Shown piece by piece: positions 20,158 through 30,881 of a DNA stretch of 64,000 nt (its first letter is position 1; the number at the start of each line of letters is the position of its first letter). A program made the position numbers and the translations under genes. This DNA is from an uncultured Myxococcales bacterium (GTDB lineage Bacteria > UBA10199 > 2-02-FULL-44-16 > JAAZCA01): contig CAYZSU010000002.1 of assembly GCA_964480565.1 (NCBI GenBank), positions 3,367-67,366 on the forward strand, in the 5' to 3' direction. The notes beneath the pieces are model-generated. The model searched no databases, had not been told where the DNA came from, and worked only from the letters and a program-made list of their open reading frames with translations.

Positions 20158-21294
20158 TTATCGCAATTTTAATGTCATTAAGCTCAATAACGCTAACACA
20201 ATGGATACAATCCAAAAACGTACAATCACTTTAGGCTCTGCCCATCCTTTTAATTCAAAATGATGATGCAGCGGTGCCATTTTAAAGATACGCTTTCCTG
20301 TCAGTTTAAATGAAGCCACTTGCATCATTACGGACAAGGCTTCAACAACAAAGACACCGCCAATAAGCACAAGTAAAATTTCTTGTTTTGTAATAATAGC
20401 AATATAACCGAGTAATGCACCAAGTGGCAATGAACCCACATCCCCCATAAAAATAGAGGCAGGATGCGTATTAAACCATAAAAAACCAATGCTCGCACCA
20501 ATCACCGCACAGCTAACTATCGCCAATTCACCACTACCCGTCACATATTCAATTCCAAGATAGCCCGCAATATGGGCATGACCCACAAAATAGGCGAATA
20601 CCGCATATGCAAAAAATGAAACAATTGCAGGCACTGTGACCAAACCATCCAAGCCATCCGTAATATTAATTGCATTGGATGCACCAACCATCACTAAAAC
20701 AAAAAATGGAATATAATAATTACCTAAATCGGGTCGAAATAGCTTAAAAAATGGAACGCTCATAGTCGTAGATAAACCAATAAATTGAAATACAATGATC
20801 GCTGCAATCAATGAAAATCCCACTTGCAGTACTAACTTCCATCGTCCAGCAAGACCTTTTGGGTTTTTTAGAATTACTTTCAAATAATCATCTAAAAAAC
20901 CAATTAGAGAAAAACAAACAATCACACTCAAACCAATATATACCAACGGTTCATCAAACTTAGTCCATAAAAATGAAGAGATCAGCACAGAAATCCAAAT
21001 TAACACCCCCCCCATCGTAGGCGTCCCGATTTTTTCAAGATGCGTACTCGGACCACAATCGCGAATCGCCTGCAAAAACTGAAATCGAGACAATAGACGA
21101 ATGAATGGACGACCAAAGACCAAATAAATAATCATTGCAGTAAATAGCGCCATAAGCATACGAAATGTAATATAACGAAATACATTAAAACCAATAAACT
21201 CCGTATGTAATGGATATAGTAAATAATAAAGCACGTATCTTCCTCTTTTCTTAAATGGGGCTACAAAATGCCCTAAACGCTCATCCCATTCCAA
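20158..21294 (-). CDS. mraY: Phospho-N-acetylmuramoyl-pentapeptide transferase
   Basis: Conserved NAINITDGLDGL motif. Confidence 0.95.
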   Translation of the reverse strand: MEWDERLGHFVAPFKKRGRYVLYYLLYPLHTEFIGFNVFRYITFRMLMALFTAMIIYLVFGRPFIRLLSRFQFLQAIRDCGPSTHLEKIGTPTMGGVLIWISVLISSFLWTKFDEPLVYIGLSVIVCFSLIGFLDDYLKVILKNPKGLAGRWKLVLQVGFSLIAAIIVFQFIGLSTTMSVPFFKLFRPDLGNYYIPFFVLVMVGASNAINITDGLDGLVTVPAIVSFFAYAVFAYFVGHAHIAGYLGIEYVTGSGELAIVSCAVIGASIGFLWFNTHPASIFMGDVGSLPLGALLGYIAIITKQEILLVLIGGVFVVEALSVMMQVASFKLTGKRIFKMAPLHHHFELKGWAEPKVIVRFWIVSIVLALLSLMTLKLR

Positions 21295-22669
21295 TCATGT
21301 GTTTTAAATCATCAACAATGCGTTCCATACGCATACCACGAGAACCTTTAATTAACACAATATCCCCTACTTTGATCTGAGATAAAAGCTGATCCCGAAT
21401 ACTACTCACATTTGAATATTCCTTTGCATGCAAGCGATTAAGACCAGAACGCATACTCCCTTTTATAATATCACATGAAAATTCACCCAGCGCATAAACA
21501 TAGTCTGCACCCATCTGAACAGATTCTTCGCCAATGCGTTGATGCCACATTGACGCACTTTTTCCTAACTCCAACATATCGCCAAGGACCACAATAAAGT
21601 CACCCGCACGCTTAGCTGCACCCACTGTACGAAGCGCTGCTAATACGGATTCTGGATTGGCATTATAGCTATCATTGACCACGCATACACCATTTGCCAG
21701 CTGTACTCTCTCAAAGCGCATAGTCATGGGAGTAAATCCCGACAAACGCCTCATAATATCGCATTCATCCACATTCAATGCCAAGCATGCACCAATCGCG
21801 GCCATCGCATTCATCACATTATGCGTACCCGGCACTGGCAATACAGTTTCATAGGTTTTACCAAATATATTTACGGCTAATGCCATATTATTTAACCCGT
21901 CAGTGCTCATATTTAAAAACTGCACATCGCAATTATTCTGCATTCCAAATGTAATTTTTTTACAAGATAGATCGCTGGATAGTTTTGATATCAGCTCATC
22001 TTCCTTATTAACGATAATATATCCCTGAGCAGGTATAGCCTCAAACAGCTCAAACTTTGCTTTTGCCACAGCATCGACTGTTTGCAAATGCTCTAAATGA
22101 GCCGCAGTCACATTGGTAATCACTCCAATGGAAGGTTTGGCAATTTCCGCCAAACGCTTAATTTCATTAATACGATTCATACCCATTTCAAAAATAGAAA
22201 TATCATGCGTATCGTTTAAGCCAAAGGTGGTTAGTGGCAATCCAATCAGATTATTAAAATTACCTGTTGTAGCCAATACATTTCCTTTTCCCTTTGCCGC
22301 AGCACTGATCATTTCTTTTGTTGTAGATTTCCCATTGCTTCCTGTAATGCCAATGCATTCCACATTAAATTGATTTCGCCAATACTGTGCCAGATCGCCC
22401 AATGCGACTTCCGTACGATTCACTCGAATAATTGCCATTTCAGAGGAAGCCCTAACGTCCTTATGTACAATTGCAGCAATCGCACCTTTTTCCTTGGCAT
22501 CTGCAATAAAATCGTGACCATCAAAATGTGCACCACAAATAGCAATAAATAGCCCATTTGCGATGGAATGCCTGGCATCTATACCAACACAGGTCACTAC
22601 ATCCGACATATTTCCAGAAAGCAATTGCCCATTTACAGCCTGGCAAATTTGTTCAAGTGTGAGTCTCAT
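21281..22669 (-). CDS. murF: UDP-N-acetylmuramoyl-tripeptide--D-alanyl-D-alanine ligase
   Basis: GITGSNGKSTTKEMI P-loop. Mur ligase architecture. Confidence 0.9.
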   Translation of the reverse strand: MRLTLEQICQAVNGQLLSGNMSDVVTCVGIDARHSIANGLFIAICGAHFDGHDFIADAKEKGAIAAIVHKDVRASSEMAIIRVNRTEVALGDLAQYWRNQFNVECIGITGSNGKSTTKEMISAAAKGKGNVLATTGNFNNLIGLPLTTFGLNDTHDISIFEMGMNRINEIKRLAEIAKPSIGVITNVTAAHLEHLQTVDAVAKAKFELFEAIPAQGYIIVNKEDELISKLSSDLSCKKITFGMQNNCDVQFLNMSTDGLNNMALAVNIFGKTYETVLPVPGTHNVMNAMAAIGACLALNVDECDIMRRLSGFTPMTMRFERVQLANGVCVVNDSYNANPESVLAALRTVGAAKRAGDFIVVLGDMLELGKSASMWHQRIGEESVQMGADYVYALGEFSCDIIKGSMRSGLNRLHAKEYSNVSSIRDQLLSQIKVGDIVLIKGSRGMRMERIVDDLKHMIGMG

Positions 22670-24156
22670 ATATATTTTTCCACAATCTTAACATCATCGA
22701 AATAAATGCGCTCAGTTCCTAAAAGTTGATAATCCTCATGCCCTTTACCTGCAATTAAAAGAACATCATTGCTACGAAGATCTGAAATACTATGTGCAAT
22801 GGCATCTTCACGATCGAGAATAATATCATAGCGAGCCACAGAATTATTTTTATCTTTAAGCGCTTGAATGCCCATGACAATATCATCGATAATAGCACTT
22901 GGATTTTCTGTCCGCGGATTATCATTGGTGATAATAACATGATCTGCCAATGTAACCGCACTTGCACCCATGAGCGGACGCTTTACTTTATCGCGATCCC
23001 CACCACAGCCAAAAACAACAATCAAACGCCCTGAACGACTAGCAGCTATTTTCTGTAAATCAGTCAGCACATTATCCAATGCATCGGATGTATGCGCATA
23101 ATCCACAAAAATAAGTGCATTTTTATTATTTGATATGGATTCGAGTCGACCTGGCGCAGAATAAATAGACGTAAATGCCGCAAGCATATCACTTAATGAC
23201 CAACCAAAACCAAGCCCCACAGAAATTGCAGCCAACACATTACGCACATTAAATTGGCCATATAAGTTCGTATGGCAGATACCGCATTCATCAAATGCAT
23301 GAACCATAAATGACAATCCATTTTCTGTCTCATAGATATCACTGGCATAGCACGCACATTGATTGGATAGTCCATAAGAAATAATACGAGAGGTACACAT
23401 ATCACTTAATTGCCGACCATAGGGATCATCGTAATTAATTACTGCAAACGCATTCTCCTTCTTAGTATTGCTTAAATAATCAGTAAACAACTTGGCTTTA
23501 CTTAAAAAATAATCATCCATGTTTAAATGATAGTCCAGGTGCTCCGGTGTTAAATTTGTAAATACCGCACAGTCAAATTCACAACCCATCACACGATATT
23601 GTTTTAATGAATGCGAACTTACTTCCATGGCACATAAATCTACTTTTTTCTCAGTTAATGTATGCAATACAGACTGCAACTTAATGGATTGCGGTGTTGT
23701 ATGGGATGCAGACTCACTATACCCCTTACATCGATAGGCAATTGTTCCAATAACACCGGGGTTAAAACCGCAGGCATTTGCTAGTTTTTCCAATAAATAG
23801 GTAATGGTTGTTTTTCCATTTGTCCCTGTAATACCTGCTATTTTCATAGCCATTGATGGGCAATCATAATATGCAGCCGCCATCAAACCCATGGTAACAG
23901 CGACATCATCGACACATAACCATGCAATATCATCACGATCAATCGGTATATTACTGATGATACATGCTGCACCTTTGGCTATTGCGTCCTCAATATAATT
24001 ATTTCCATTCAATTGATTACCTGAAATTGCAAAAAAACAATCCCCCGCTTTAACAAGCCGCGAGTCCAAACAAAGTCCGGATATTTCAGTATCCAAGATA
24101 TGTTTAGGACCATTCATACAGTGCAATAACTTAAGTAATTTCACGACAGCCTCCAC
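22666..24156 (-). CDS. murE: UDP-N-acetylmuramoyl-L-alanyl-D-glutamate--2,6-diaminopimelate ligase
   Basis: AGITGTNGKTT P-loop. Mur ligase C-terminal domain. Confidence 0.9.
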   Translation of the reverse strand: MEAVVKLLKLLHCMNGPKHILDTEISGLCLDSRLVKAGDCFFAISGNQLNGNNYIEDAIAKGAACIISNIPIDRDDIAWLCVDDVAVTMGLMAAAYYDCPSMAMKIAGITGTNGKTTITYLLEKLANACGFNPGVIGTIAYRCKGYSESASHTTPQSIKLQSVLHTLTEKKVDLCAMEVSSHSLKQYRVMGCEFDCAVFTNLTPEHLDYHLNMDDYFLSKAKLFTDYLSNTKKENAFAVINYDDPYGRQLSDMCTSRIISYGLSNQCACYASDIYETENGLSFMVHAFDECGICHTNLYGQFNVRNVLAAISVGLGFGWSLSDMLAAFTSIYSAPGRLESISNNKNALIFVDYAHTSDALDNVLTDLQKIAASRSGRLIVVFGCGGDRDKVKRPLMGASAVTLADHVIITNDNPRTENPSAIIDDIVMGIQALKDKNNSVARYDIILDREDAIAHSISDLRSNDVLLIAGKGHEDYQLLGTERIYFDDVKIVEKYI

Positions 24157-26198
24157 TACAATAATGATTTAAACATTACTTTGCATATTCGCCCTGAGGG
24201 TATAATGCTACCTGGCACAGGATCCTGGTGATATGCCAAACCACTGCCTTCAAACTCCCATACAATATCCATATCCGCAGACAATGATAAAATTGACTTC
24301 ATTGTCATTCCCGTTAAATTTGGAATGCGCCACAAGCCATCTTTATCTTTTTTAAAATATTTTTTCTTTACTTGAGCAGCATCTGCAACTTTTAACTGAT
24401 CCGCGTCATTAATCGACCACAGCCCAACCACATCATTCTTTGGTTTTGGCGGTGGCAATTGTCTAATCGCGTCATCAGACATTGCAGTCAATGTTCCAGG
24501 CACTTTCAGATAGTGAAGTGTTGATTCCGTTATTTCTCGAAATACAGGCGCTGCGACTTGCCCCCCATAATAATGACGTCCGCTAGGCTCGTCCAACCCT
24601 ACATATACTGCGATCAATGGATTACTTGCAGGCGCAAACCCCACAAATGACGAGTGATATTTGCCAACCGCATATCCACCCACTTTGTGATCTGCTTTTT
24701 GTGCAGTACCTGTTTTTCCAGCCACATCATATTCCATACTTGCAGCTAAAGTACCTGTTCCACCTGCAGATACAACACCCTCTAATATAGCACGCATTGT
24801 TTTGGATGTATGTCGACTAATCGGATAACTCACAATTGTTGGTGTATTAATTGTTCGCACAGAATCATCGCCCATAACAACTTCCTTAACAAGATACGGT
24901 TTCAGTAATTTTCCTCCATTGGCAATAGCTGAAAAAGCCATCACCATCTGCAGCGGCGTTGCTGCAATACCCTGTCCAAATGCAATTGTCGCATATTGCA
25001 ATACAGACCATTTATTTGGTTTTGATAAAATACCCGATGATTCACCAGGCAAATCAATGCTTGTTTTTGAGCCAAAACCAAATGCTCGAATTGACTCATA
25101 AAGCAAATCCCTGCCCATTTTATTTTCAATTTTATATGTTCCAATATTGCTGGACACTTTAATGATCTCAGATACTCCCAAATCGCCATAGGGATGAGTA
25201 TCTTTAACAATATGATCTGCGATTTGAATCTTGCCATTTTCACAATTAAATTCATCATCCAATGTTATAATGTCCCTATCCAATGCAGATGCAACGACAA
25301 TCACTTTAAATGTTGAGCCAGGCTCATAGGCATTAACAACCGCACGGTTTGTCCAATGCGATAATGGGTACTTAGAGTAATGATTTGGATTAAACATAGG
25401 ATAACTTGCCATAGCAAGAATCTCCCCTGTATTTACATTAACAACAATAGCTGTTCCATCCTTGGCATCAGATGATTCAACAGCTTTAAGCAATTCCCGT
25501 TCCACAATATACTGCAGTGTTTTATCAATTGTTAATACAATATCCGATATATTAATAGATTGTATATCTGTCGGAGATAAGTATAAATACCCTCTTGCAT
25601 CGCGCTTTAAATTGCCATAACTCAACTGCATTGCCAGAACATCATTATAGGATAATTCAATACCACCGAGCGGCTTTGAGTCATAACCCACAGCGCCTAA
25701 TACAGATCCTGCAAGAAGCCCACTGGGATATTGACGTTTACTCTCATCCATCAAATTAATACCAGGAATATTCAATGATTTAATACGCATTGCCAGATCT
25801 TCATCAATCCGACGCTTGACCCATACAAATTTACGCTTACTTGAAAAACGATCCAATAGTGTTCGTCGTTCTACATCCAGTAAATCTGATAATTTTTGTG
25901 CAGCCTCTACGGGTGTTTTTAATTTTGATGGATTGGCGTATACAGACTTAACTTTAATATCAATGGCCAATTCACGCCGTTCTACATCCAAAATACGCCC
26001 GCGCAAACTGCTCGTACGAACAGCTGTTTTATATTGCCGAAGGGCCACTTCATCCAACTGATTGCTATTGGTTAAACGAAAAAATGCCGCACGGCAAAAG
26101 AGCGCTCCCAGGCAAAATGCAATAACACCACCCACCGTAAAAATGCGTCTGGCAGTTTTTACTTCCTCATTATGTTCCTCTAAACGATATCGTGGCAT
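24156..26198 (-). CDS. ftsI: Penicillin-binding protein 3 (FtsI) with C-terminal PASTA domain
   Basis: Transpeptidase STFK, SSN and KTGT motifs. C-terminal ~60 aa (IPNLTGMTMKSILSL...GSIIPSGRICKVMFKS) is PASTA-like. Confidence 0.9.
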   Translation of the reverse strand: MPRYRLEEHNEEVKTARRIFTVGGVIAFCLGALFCRAAFFRLTNSNQLDEVALRQYKTAVRTSSLRGRILDVERRELAIDIKVKSVYANPSKLKTPVEAAQKLSDLLDVERRTLLDRFSSKRKFVWVKRRIDEDLAMRIKSLNIPGINLMDESKRQYPSGLLAGSVLGAVGYDSKPLGGIELSYNDVLAMQLSYGNLKRDARGYLYLSPTDIQSINISDIVLTIDKTLQYIVERELLKAVESSDAKDGTAIVVNVNTGEILAMASYPMFNPNHYSKYPLSHWTNRAVVNAYEPGSTFKVIVVASALDRDIITLDDEFNCENGKIQIADHIVKDTHPYGDLGVSEIIKVSSNIGTYKIENKMGRDLLYESIRAFGFGSKTSIDLPGESSGILSKPNKWSVLQYATIAFGQGIAATPLQMVMAFSAIANGGKLLKPYLVKEVVMGDDSVRTINTPTIVSYPISRHTSKTMRAILEGVVSAGGTGTLAASMEYDVAGKTGTAQKADHKVGGYAVGKYHSSFVGFAPASNPLIAVYVGLDEPSGRHYYGGQVAAPVFREITESTLHYLKVPGTLTAMSDDAIRQLPPPKPKNDVVGLWSINDADQLKVADAAQVKKKYFKKDKDGLWRIPNLTGMTMKSILSLSADMDIVWEFEGSGLAYHQDPVPGSIIPSGRICKVMFKSLL

Positions 26199-26201
26199 TG
26201 A

Positions 26202-26585
26202 TCAGTTTATCTTTCCTTTTTTCTCAACATTTGTTTTGACGTATACAATTTCATCACCCAAAGGCAGACGCATATAATAATGTTTCTTTGCAATTTTCTC
26301 TAATCGCTCTGGTGATTTTAATTCCGCTACTTTCGCCTGTAATTTATTTTTTTGCTCAGATAATTCATGCACTTCTTTTCTAAGCTGACTAACACCATAA
26401 CCCAACTGAATCATCTGAATTCGCATCCAAACAAAGAGCATGGCAATACTCACAGCAACAATAATTAAACTCACTACTTGGCGAATATGTTTGCGACGTT
26501 TAGCCAGATTTTTTTGTGCAACCGGCTGTTTTCGCACAACACTAAATGATGAATACCCAGTACTTGAACGACCAACATCCATCAT
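26202..26585 (-). CDS. ftsL: Cell division protein FtsL
   Basis: Small bitopic protein with a coiled-coil region (QLRKEVHELSEQKNKLQAKVAEL). Position between rsmH and ftsI. Confidence 0.7.
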   Translation of the reverse strand: MMDVGRSSTGYSSFSVVRKQPVAQKNLAKRRKHIRQVVSLIIVAVSIAMLFVWMRIQMIQLGYGVSQLRKEVHELSEQKNKLQAKVAELKSPERLEKIAKKHYYMRLPLGDEIVYVKTNVEKKGKIN

Positions 26586-27469
26586 ACACCCCTTACCAAC
26601 ACTCGCATCTTTGCACTACGCGATCTAGGATTTTGAGCAATCTCATCATCACCTGCACAAATAATTTTTTTATATGCCAAATGATAGTCTTCATCCTTAG
26701 CCAATCGTTTAAATGTATGCTTTACCAGTCGATCTTCCAATGAATGATAGCTAATCATAATCATTTTACCACTCACTGCTAACAACTTTGGAGCTGTATT
26801 TAGAAGTATATTTATCTGCGCTAATTCCTGATTAACTTCAATACGAATAGCCTGGAATGTACGTGTTGCAGGATGAATCCGACCATAGCGCATCTTCGGT
26901 GGATAGCATGCTGCAATAATTTGAGATAATACCAATGTACTATCAATTGGACGCGCCTTACAGATGGCACGTGCAATACGCCTAGCAAATCGGTCCTGCC
27001 CATAGTCTTTAATGATAATAGCCAGCGCATCCTCTTCCATTTCATTAATCACAATACCTGCATGATATGCATCCGATTGATTCATACGCATATCCAGCGG
27101 TGCATCTTTTTGAAAACTAAATCCACGCTTTGCAGTATCCAATTGAAAGCTAGACACACCAAAATCTGCCAATATCCCTACTATATTTAATTGTCTAAGA
27201 TCAGGTAATGATGACACATCTTTCATATCTGCATGAATGGCATTAAATCGATTGCCAAAACATTTAAGACGTTCAGATGCTGCTATAATTGCATCCATAT
27301 CCCTATCAATCCCAACAATATTAATACCTGGCATTGACTCCAGCAATGCATGACTATGCCCGCCACCACCCAATGTCACATCCAATATACTACCCGCCAT
27401 ATTTATGGATGAAAATTCGTCTAGCACTTCCTTGCACAGTACCGGCACATGATAGGATTCGTCGATCAC
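26582..27469 (-). CDS. rsmH: 16S rRNA (cytosine1402-N4)-methyltransferase RsmH/MraW
   Basis: HVPVLCKEVL N-terminus; SAM-binding DVTLGGGGHS. Confidence 0.9.
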   Translation of the reverse strand: MIDESYHVPVLCKEVLDEFSSINMAGSILDVTLGGGGHSHALLESMPGINIVGIDRDMDAIIAASERLKCFGNRFNAIHADMKDVSSLPDLRQLNIVGILADFGVSSFQLDTAKRGFSFQKDAPLDMRMNQSDAYHAGIVINEMEEDALAIIIKDYGQDRFARRIARAICKARPIDSTLVLSQIIAACYPPKMRYGRIHPATRTFQAIRIEVNQELAQINILLNTAPKLLAVSGKMIMISYHSLEDRLVKHTFKRLAKDEDYHLAYKKIICAGDDEIAQNPRSRSAKMRVLVRGV

Positions 27470-27846
27470 TGCATGACCTCTGGCCTATAATCGCCAGCAA
27501 AACTAATCAATGCCTCTTCTACGGATGTATATAAGTTCTCATTCCATCCCATAGCCTGAAAAATATAGCGAATATAATCACTGACTGCGGCCATCTTTAA
27601 ATCACCGCCATCACATTTAAATGCAATAATTTGATCGACTATCTTACGAACTAACTTGTAGTCAAGATGCGTCAGTCCAGAGAAATTAAGCACTACATTA
27701 TTCTGTTCACACTGAGCCAGAGACATAAATACATTTTCCAGCACATGTATATTATGACTCGACAATTCTCCATTTACGCCAACAATAGATACATCATGAC
27801 ATCTGGTAACTTCAAACATATCTCTCTCCCCAAAGATCCCTCGCAA
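27466..27846 (-). CDS. STAS-domain protein (anti-sigma-factor-antagonist-like), inserted between mraZ and rsmH
   Basis: SpoIIAA-like pattern (VSIVGVNGELSSHNIHVLEN...VVLNFSGLTHLDYKLVRKIVDQI). 4-nt overlap with rsmH. Confidence 0.55.
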   Translation of the reverse strand: MRGIFGERDMFEVTRCHDVSIVGVNGELSSHNIHVLENVFMSLAQCEQNNVVLNFSGLTHLDYKLVRKIVDQIIAFKCDGGDLKMAAVSDYIRYIFQAMGWNENLYTSVEEALISFAGDYRPEVMQ

Positions 27847-27860
27847 TTATTTCAATAGTG

Positions 27861-28009
27861 GGGCTGTTGAAAAATGCCCATCTTCGGTGTTTCCCGCTAC
27901 ACCCGCAATCCTCACGTACTCGCATGTACGCTCCGGTTACGGGTTTGCGGAAGCCTAGAATCTGGGCATTTTTGAACAACCCCTAAAATTGCTATTTCTC
28001 AACAGTCCC
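27861..28009 (+). mobile_element. MITE-like dispersed repeat, copy B (core type 1). Perfect 6-bp direct duplication ATAGTG (27855-27860 and 28010-28015).
   Basis: GGGCTGTTGAAAAATGCCCATCTTCGGTGTTTCCCGCTACACCCGCAATCC...TCTGGGCATTTTTGAACAACCCCTAAAATTGCTATTTCTCAACAGTCCC. Termini are mutual reverse complements. Confidence 0.85.
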
Positions 28010-28058
28010 ATAGTGAAAGCGCCTAAAAAACATCCCTTCCTTAGGCCAGTCTGCCCAC

Positions 28059-28499
28059 TTACAATCCCAAATCAGCCAAGCGACTACCTAAATTTTCTAA
28101 TGTACTTTGCGCATCATTAAATACAAGATCCCAACGATCTTTGGCCCAAATCTCAAATCGTTTTGTCATGCCCACAATAATGACATCACGCGACATTCCA
28201 GCATAATCACGCAATGATGCGGGAATGATAATCCGACCCTGCTTATCAATAGGGCATTCCACTGCAGCGGATATAAATACGCGCTGCAATGCTTTAACTT
28301 CTTCCATGAATTGCGGCAATGCGCTGACTTTTCCTTCCAACACCTGCCATTCACTCACTGGATAAGCCCATAAACATTGATCAAAATTGGTAATAATCAC
28401 ACGCTCATCATAATTGGAGCCCAATGTATCGCGAAAACGCGATGGCACTGATAATCGCCCTTTTGCATCAATTTGATGATTATATCGCCCTCGAAACAT
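28059..28499 (-). CDS. mraZ: Transcriptional regulator MraZ
   Basis: Duplicated MraZ/SpoVT-AbrB-like halves (IDAKGRLSVPSRFR; IDKQGRIIIPASLR). Confidence 0.9.
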   Translation of the reverse strand: MFRGRYNHQIDAKGRLSVPSRFRDTLGSNYDERVIITNFDQCLWAYPVSEWQVLEGKVSALPQFMEEVKALQRVFISAAVECPIDKQGRIIIPASLRDYAGMSRDVIIVGMTKRFEIWAKDRWDLVFNDAQSTLENLGSRLADLGL

Positions 28500-28830
28500 G
28501 AATACTCCCTAAGCATGGCCATCCATACCACTTCATACCACCATATGGGATACATACTGATATAACATGGATATCGTCAAGGTCTTTGCAGGCTAATTCA
28601 TTGAAATATCATTACTTTTTTCAAAATGGACTTATTCTTGCGATAAAAAAAGTCGATTAAAAAACAAGACGTTAATACGACGCATAAAAGCATTATATTG
28701 ATAAGCGCCGCAACTGCTTGTTTTTTATACTCTTTTTGAAATGATTATTTTACATGGTGGAACTGTTAAAAAACACCCATTTACTCAATAGAATTGAAGA
28801 TTGTGGTAATTTATACATCAAAGGAAAACC

Positions 28831-29922
28831 TTATGATCGTATCAACTCCTGATAGATTAAATCATGAAGCTGCGGTCGAAATGCACGAATTGCAGTATTG
28901 GTAGAGGTGGGATGAATTCGATTACTGAGTAATATAACATGATACTTATTATCCAAATCAATCCACAGCGAACATCCTGTATACCCCAAATGCCCGATGG
29001 AATTGGCTGAAAAAAATCGACCCGAAGATGAATTCACAGAGGAAGGCCTCATCCAGCCTAGTACATATTGATCATTCTCCGGTTTATTTTCATCCGTATG
29101 CAAAAAATCATAGACTGTTTGTTGGGGCAACCAAGAACAATTTTTATGATAGCTACAGGCCAATGCCGCAGCAAATGCATCCAAATCCAAAGCACATGAA
29201 AACAAACCGGCATGCCCAGCCACTCCACCCAATGCATAGGCATTGGGATCATGCACCTGCGCATGAATGATTCGTTTGCGCCACGGGCAATCCTCTGTAG
29301 GGGCAAATCGACGGTTTTGCGCTAATATATCAGCCTGCTGTTTGGATATTTGCCCAATATTGCGAATGAAAAATGTATGATGCAATCCTAATGGCTGTGC
29401 AATATGATGACTAAAGAGCACATCTAACGGTGCATTCCCCGCTTCTTCTAAAATTCGACCCAATAAAATATACCCAATATCACTATAAATTATTTGATCT
29501 CCTGCCAAAGCAATCGCAGGCTCCTGATAGCAGGCATCCAACACCCATGCACGCCCTTCATCCGTACCCACCAAACTTCGCGGCAATTCTCGATAAAACG
29601 GTTGCCATGCGGCAAGCCCTGATACATGGGATAATAATTGCTGAACAGTCATCTGGCTATGAATTGACAAATCAGCTTTACCCAACCATTGCCCCACTGT
29701 ATCAGACAAACGAAGCAACCCAGAAGAGCATAGTTCCATTGCAACACTCGCAGTACAAACAGCCTTACTCAACGATGCAATATCGAACAATGTCCCATTT
29801 CTGGCATCACCAAAATAAGAATGAAATACAATTTGATCTTCATGCCTAACCAATACTTCAGCTGCAGGAAAGACATTATCCCGAATCGCATGTTCACATA
29901 ATTGTATAATGGCCTGATTCAT
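28831..29922 (-). CDS. Beta-lactamase-family serine hydrolase (class C / PBP4*-like)
   Basis: SxxK active-site motif FDIASLSKAV. Beta-lactamase-family length and composition. Confidence 0.7.
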   Translation of the reverse strand: MNQAIIQLCEHAIRDNVFPAAEVLVRHEDQIVFHSYFGDARNGTLFDIASLSKAVCTASVAMELCSSGLLRLSDTVGQWLGKADLSIHSQMTVQQLLSHVSGLAAWQPFYRELPRSLVGTDEGRAWVLDACYQEPAIALAGDQIIYSDIGYILLGRILEEAGNAPLDVLFSHHIAQPLGLHHTFFIRNIGQISKQQADILAQNRRFAPTEDCPWRKRIIHAQVHDPNAYALGGVAGHAGLFSCALDLDAFAAALACSYHKNCSWLPQQTVYDFLHTDENKPENDQYVLGWMRPSSVNSSSGRFFSANSIGHLGYTGCSLWIDLDNKYHVILLSNRIHPTSTNTAIRAFRPQLHDLIYQELIRS

Positions 29923-30881
29923 ATCGCATCCATAAGATAAAGCGTGCTATCTTGCGCTGTCATTGCAGATAGTGTACATGCTCGGTTTAGTGCAACAGTA
30001 AATGTATTTGCACAATGCCCGAATGGGCAACTCATCACAATTGGACCAGAAAACCCGGACAAACAATCCAGAATCATCTCCTTCATGTCATGGGTATCGT
30101 CCGCTCTATTTTCAAGAGTTCCAAATAAAATTGCTTTAGCGTTTAATAGCTGGCTCGAATTAATTAAATGCATTAGCATACGGTCAAGTGCATAGACATG
30201 CTCATTCACATCTTCAAGCATCACAATTTTTCCAGGTAAATCACTATGATATGCAGTCCCGACACTGGTGCTGAGCATACTAATACAGCCACCTGCTGTA
30301 CGACCCTCACAGTTACCAGATTGAATAATATCTGCCTGTTGCAAGGAAATCGTGTATGATTTTGAGGGTGATAGCAATGCACGTAAAAAAGATCCCTTTG
30401 CATCCATATCTGTACCTTGTGCAAGTTGTGTTAATACAGGACCATAATAAACATGGCATTTAGTGTGTTTGGCAATCATATTAAGCAATGGTGTTAAATC
30501 AGACAATCCAACAATCGTTTTGCTGATATGCGCATATTGCGCCCAATTTATTTGAGTTAATAAACGTTGCACACCATAGCCACCACGCGCAAACAAAATA
30601 ATATCAATGGAATCATCCGTAAGCAGTCGATTGATTTCATTCAAACGACGTTGATCATCACCCGCAAAATAGCGATATTGATCAAATATACTATTATCAT
30701 ATATAACGTCAAAACCATGTGCATGTAATTTTTGAATACCTACTTGAAATAAATCACGAGAAAAATGCCCAGAAAGCGCAGCAATACCCACACGTTTTTT
30801 TTCAGATCTTAATTTATCCCCCAACATGTATTTACTATACCCGCGTCCATCAAAAATCGCTAGTATTATATGACAATACAA
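29919..30881 (-). CDS. ldcA: LD-carboxypeptidase (peptidase S66, muramoyltetrapeptide carboxypeptidase-like). Alternative start ATG at 30827.
   Basis: S66 family blocks (IGIAALSGHF, FARGGYG) and a C-terminal catalytic region. Confidence 0.75.
   Translation of the reverse strand: MYCHIILAIFDGRGYSKYMLGDKLRSEKKRVGIAALSGHFSRDLFQVGIQKLHAHGFDVIYDNSIFDQYRYFAGDDQRRLNEINRLLTDDSIDIILFARGGYGVQRLLTQINWAQYAHISKTIVGLSDLTPLLNMIAKHTKCHVYYGPVLTQLAQGTDMDAKGSFLRALLSPSKSYTISLQQADIIQSGNCEGRTAGGCISMLSTSVGTAYHSDLPGKIVMLEDVNEHVYALDRMLMHLINSSQLLNAKAILFGTLENRADDTHDMKEMILDCLSGFSGPIVMSCPFGHCANTFTVALNRACTLSAMTAQDSTLYLMDAI

Noticed and set aside
28750-28810. GTGG / TGGGTG motifs (28757, 28774, 28803) as possible MraZ operator repeats upstream of mraZ
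   Set aside because: They lie 260-300 bp upstream of the mraZ start with irregular 17/29-bp spacing, not the ~10-bp-phased triple repeat expected. Not distinguishable from chance.
28500-28830. Sigma-70 promoter for the dcw operon around TTGCGG...TATAAT (minus strand, ~28690-28720)
   Set aside because: The best hexamer pair has an 11-nt spacer. Alternative -35 hexamers are poor. Could not support a confident promoter call by eye.
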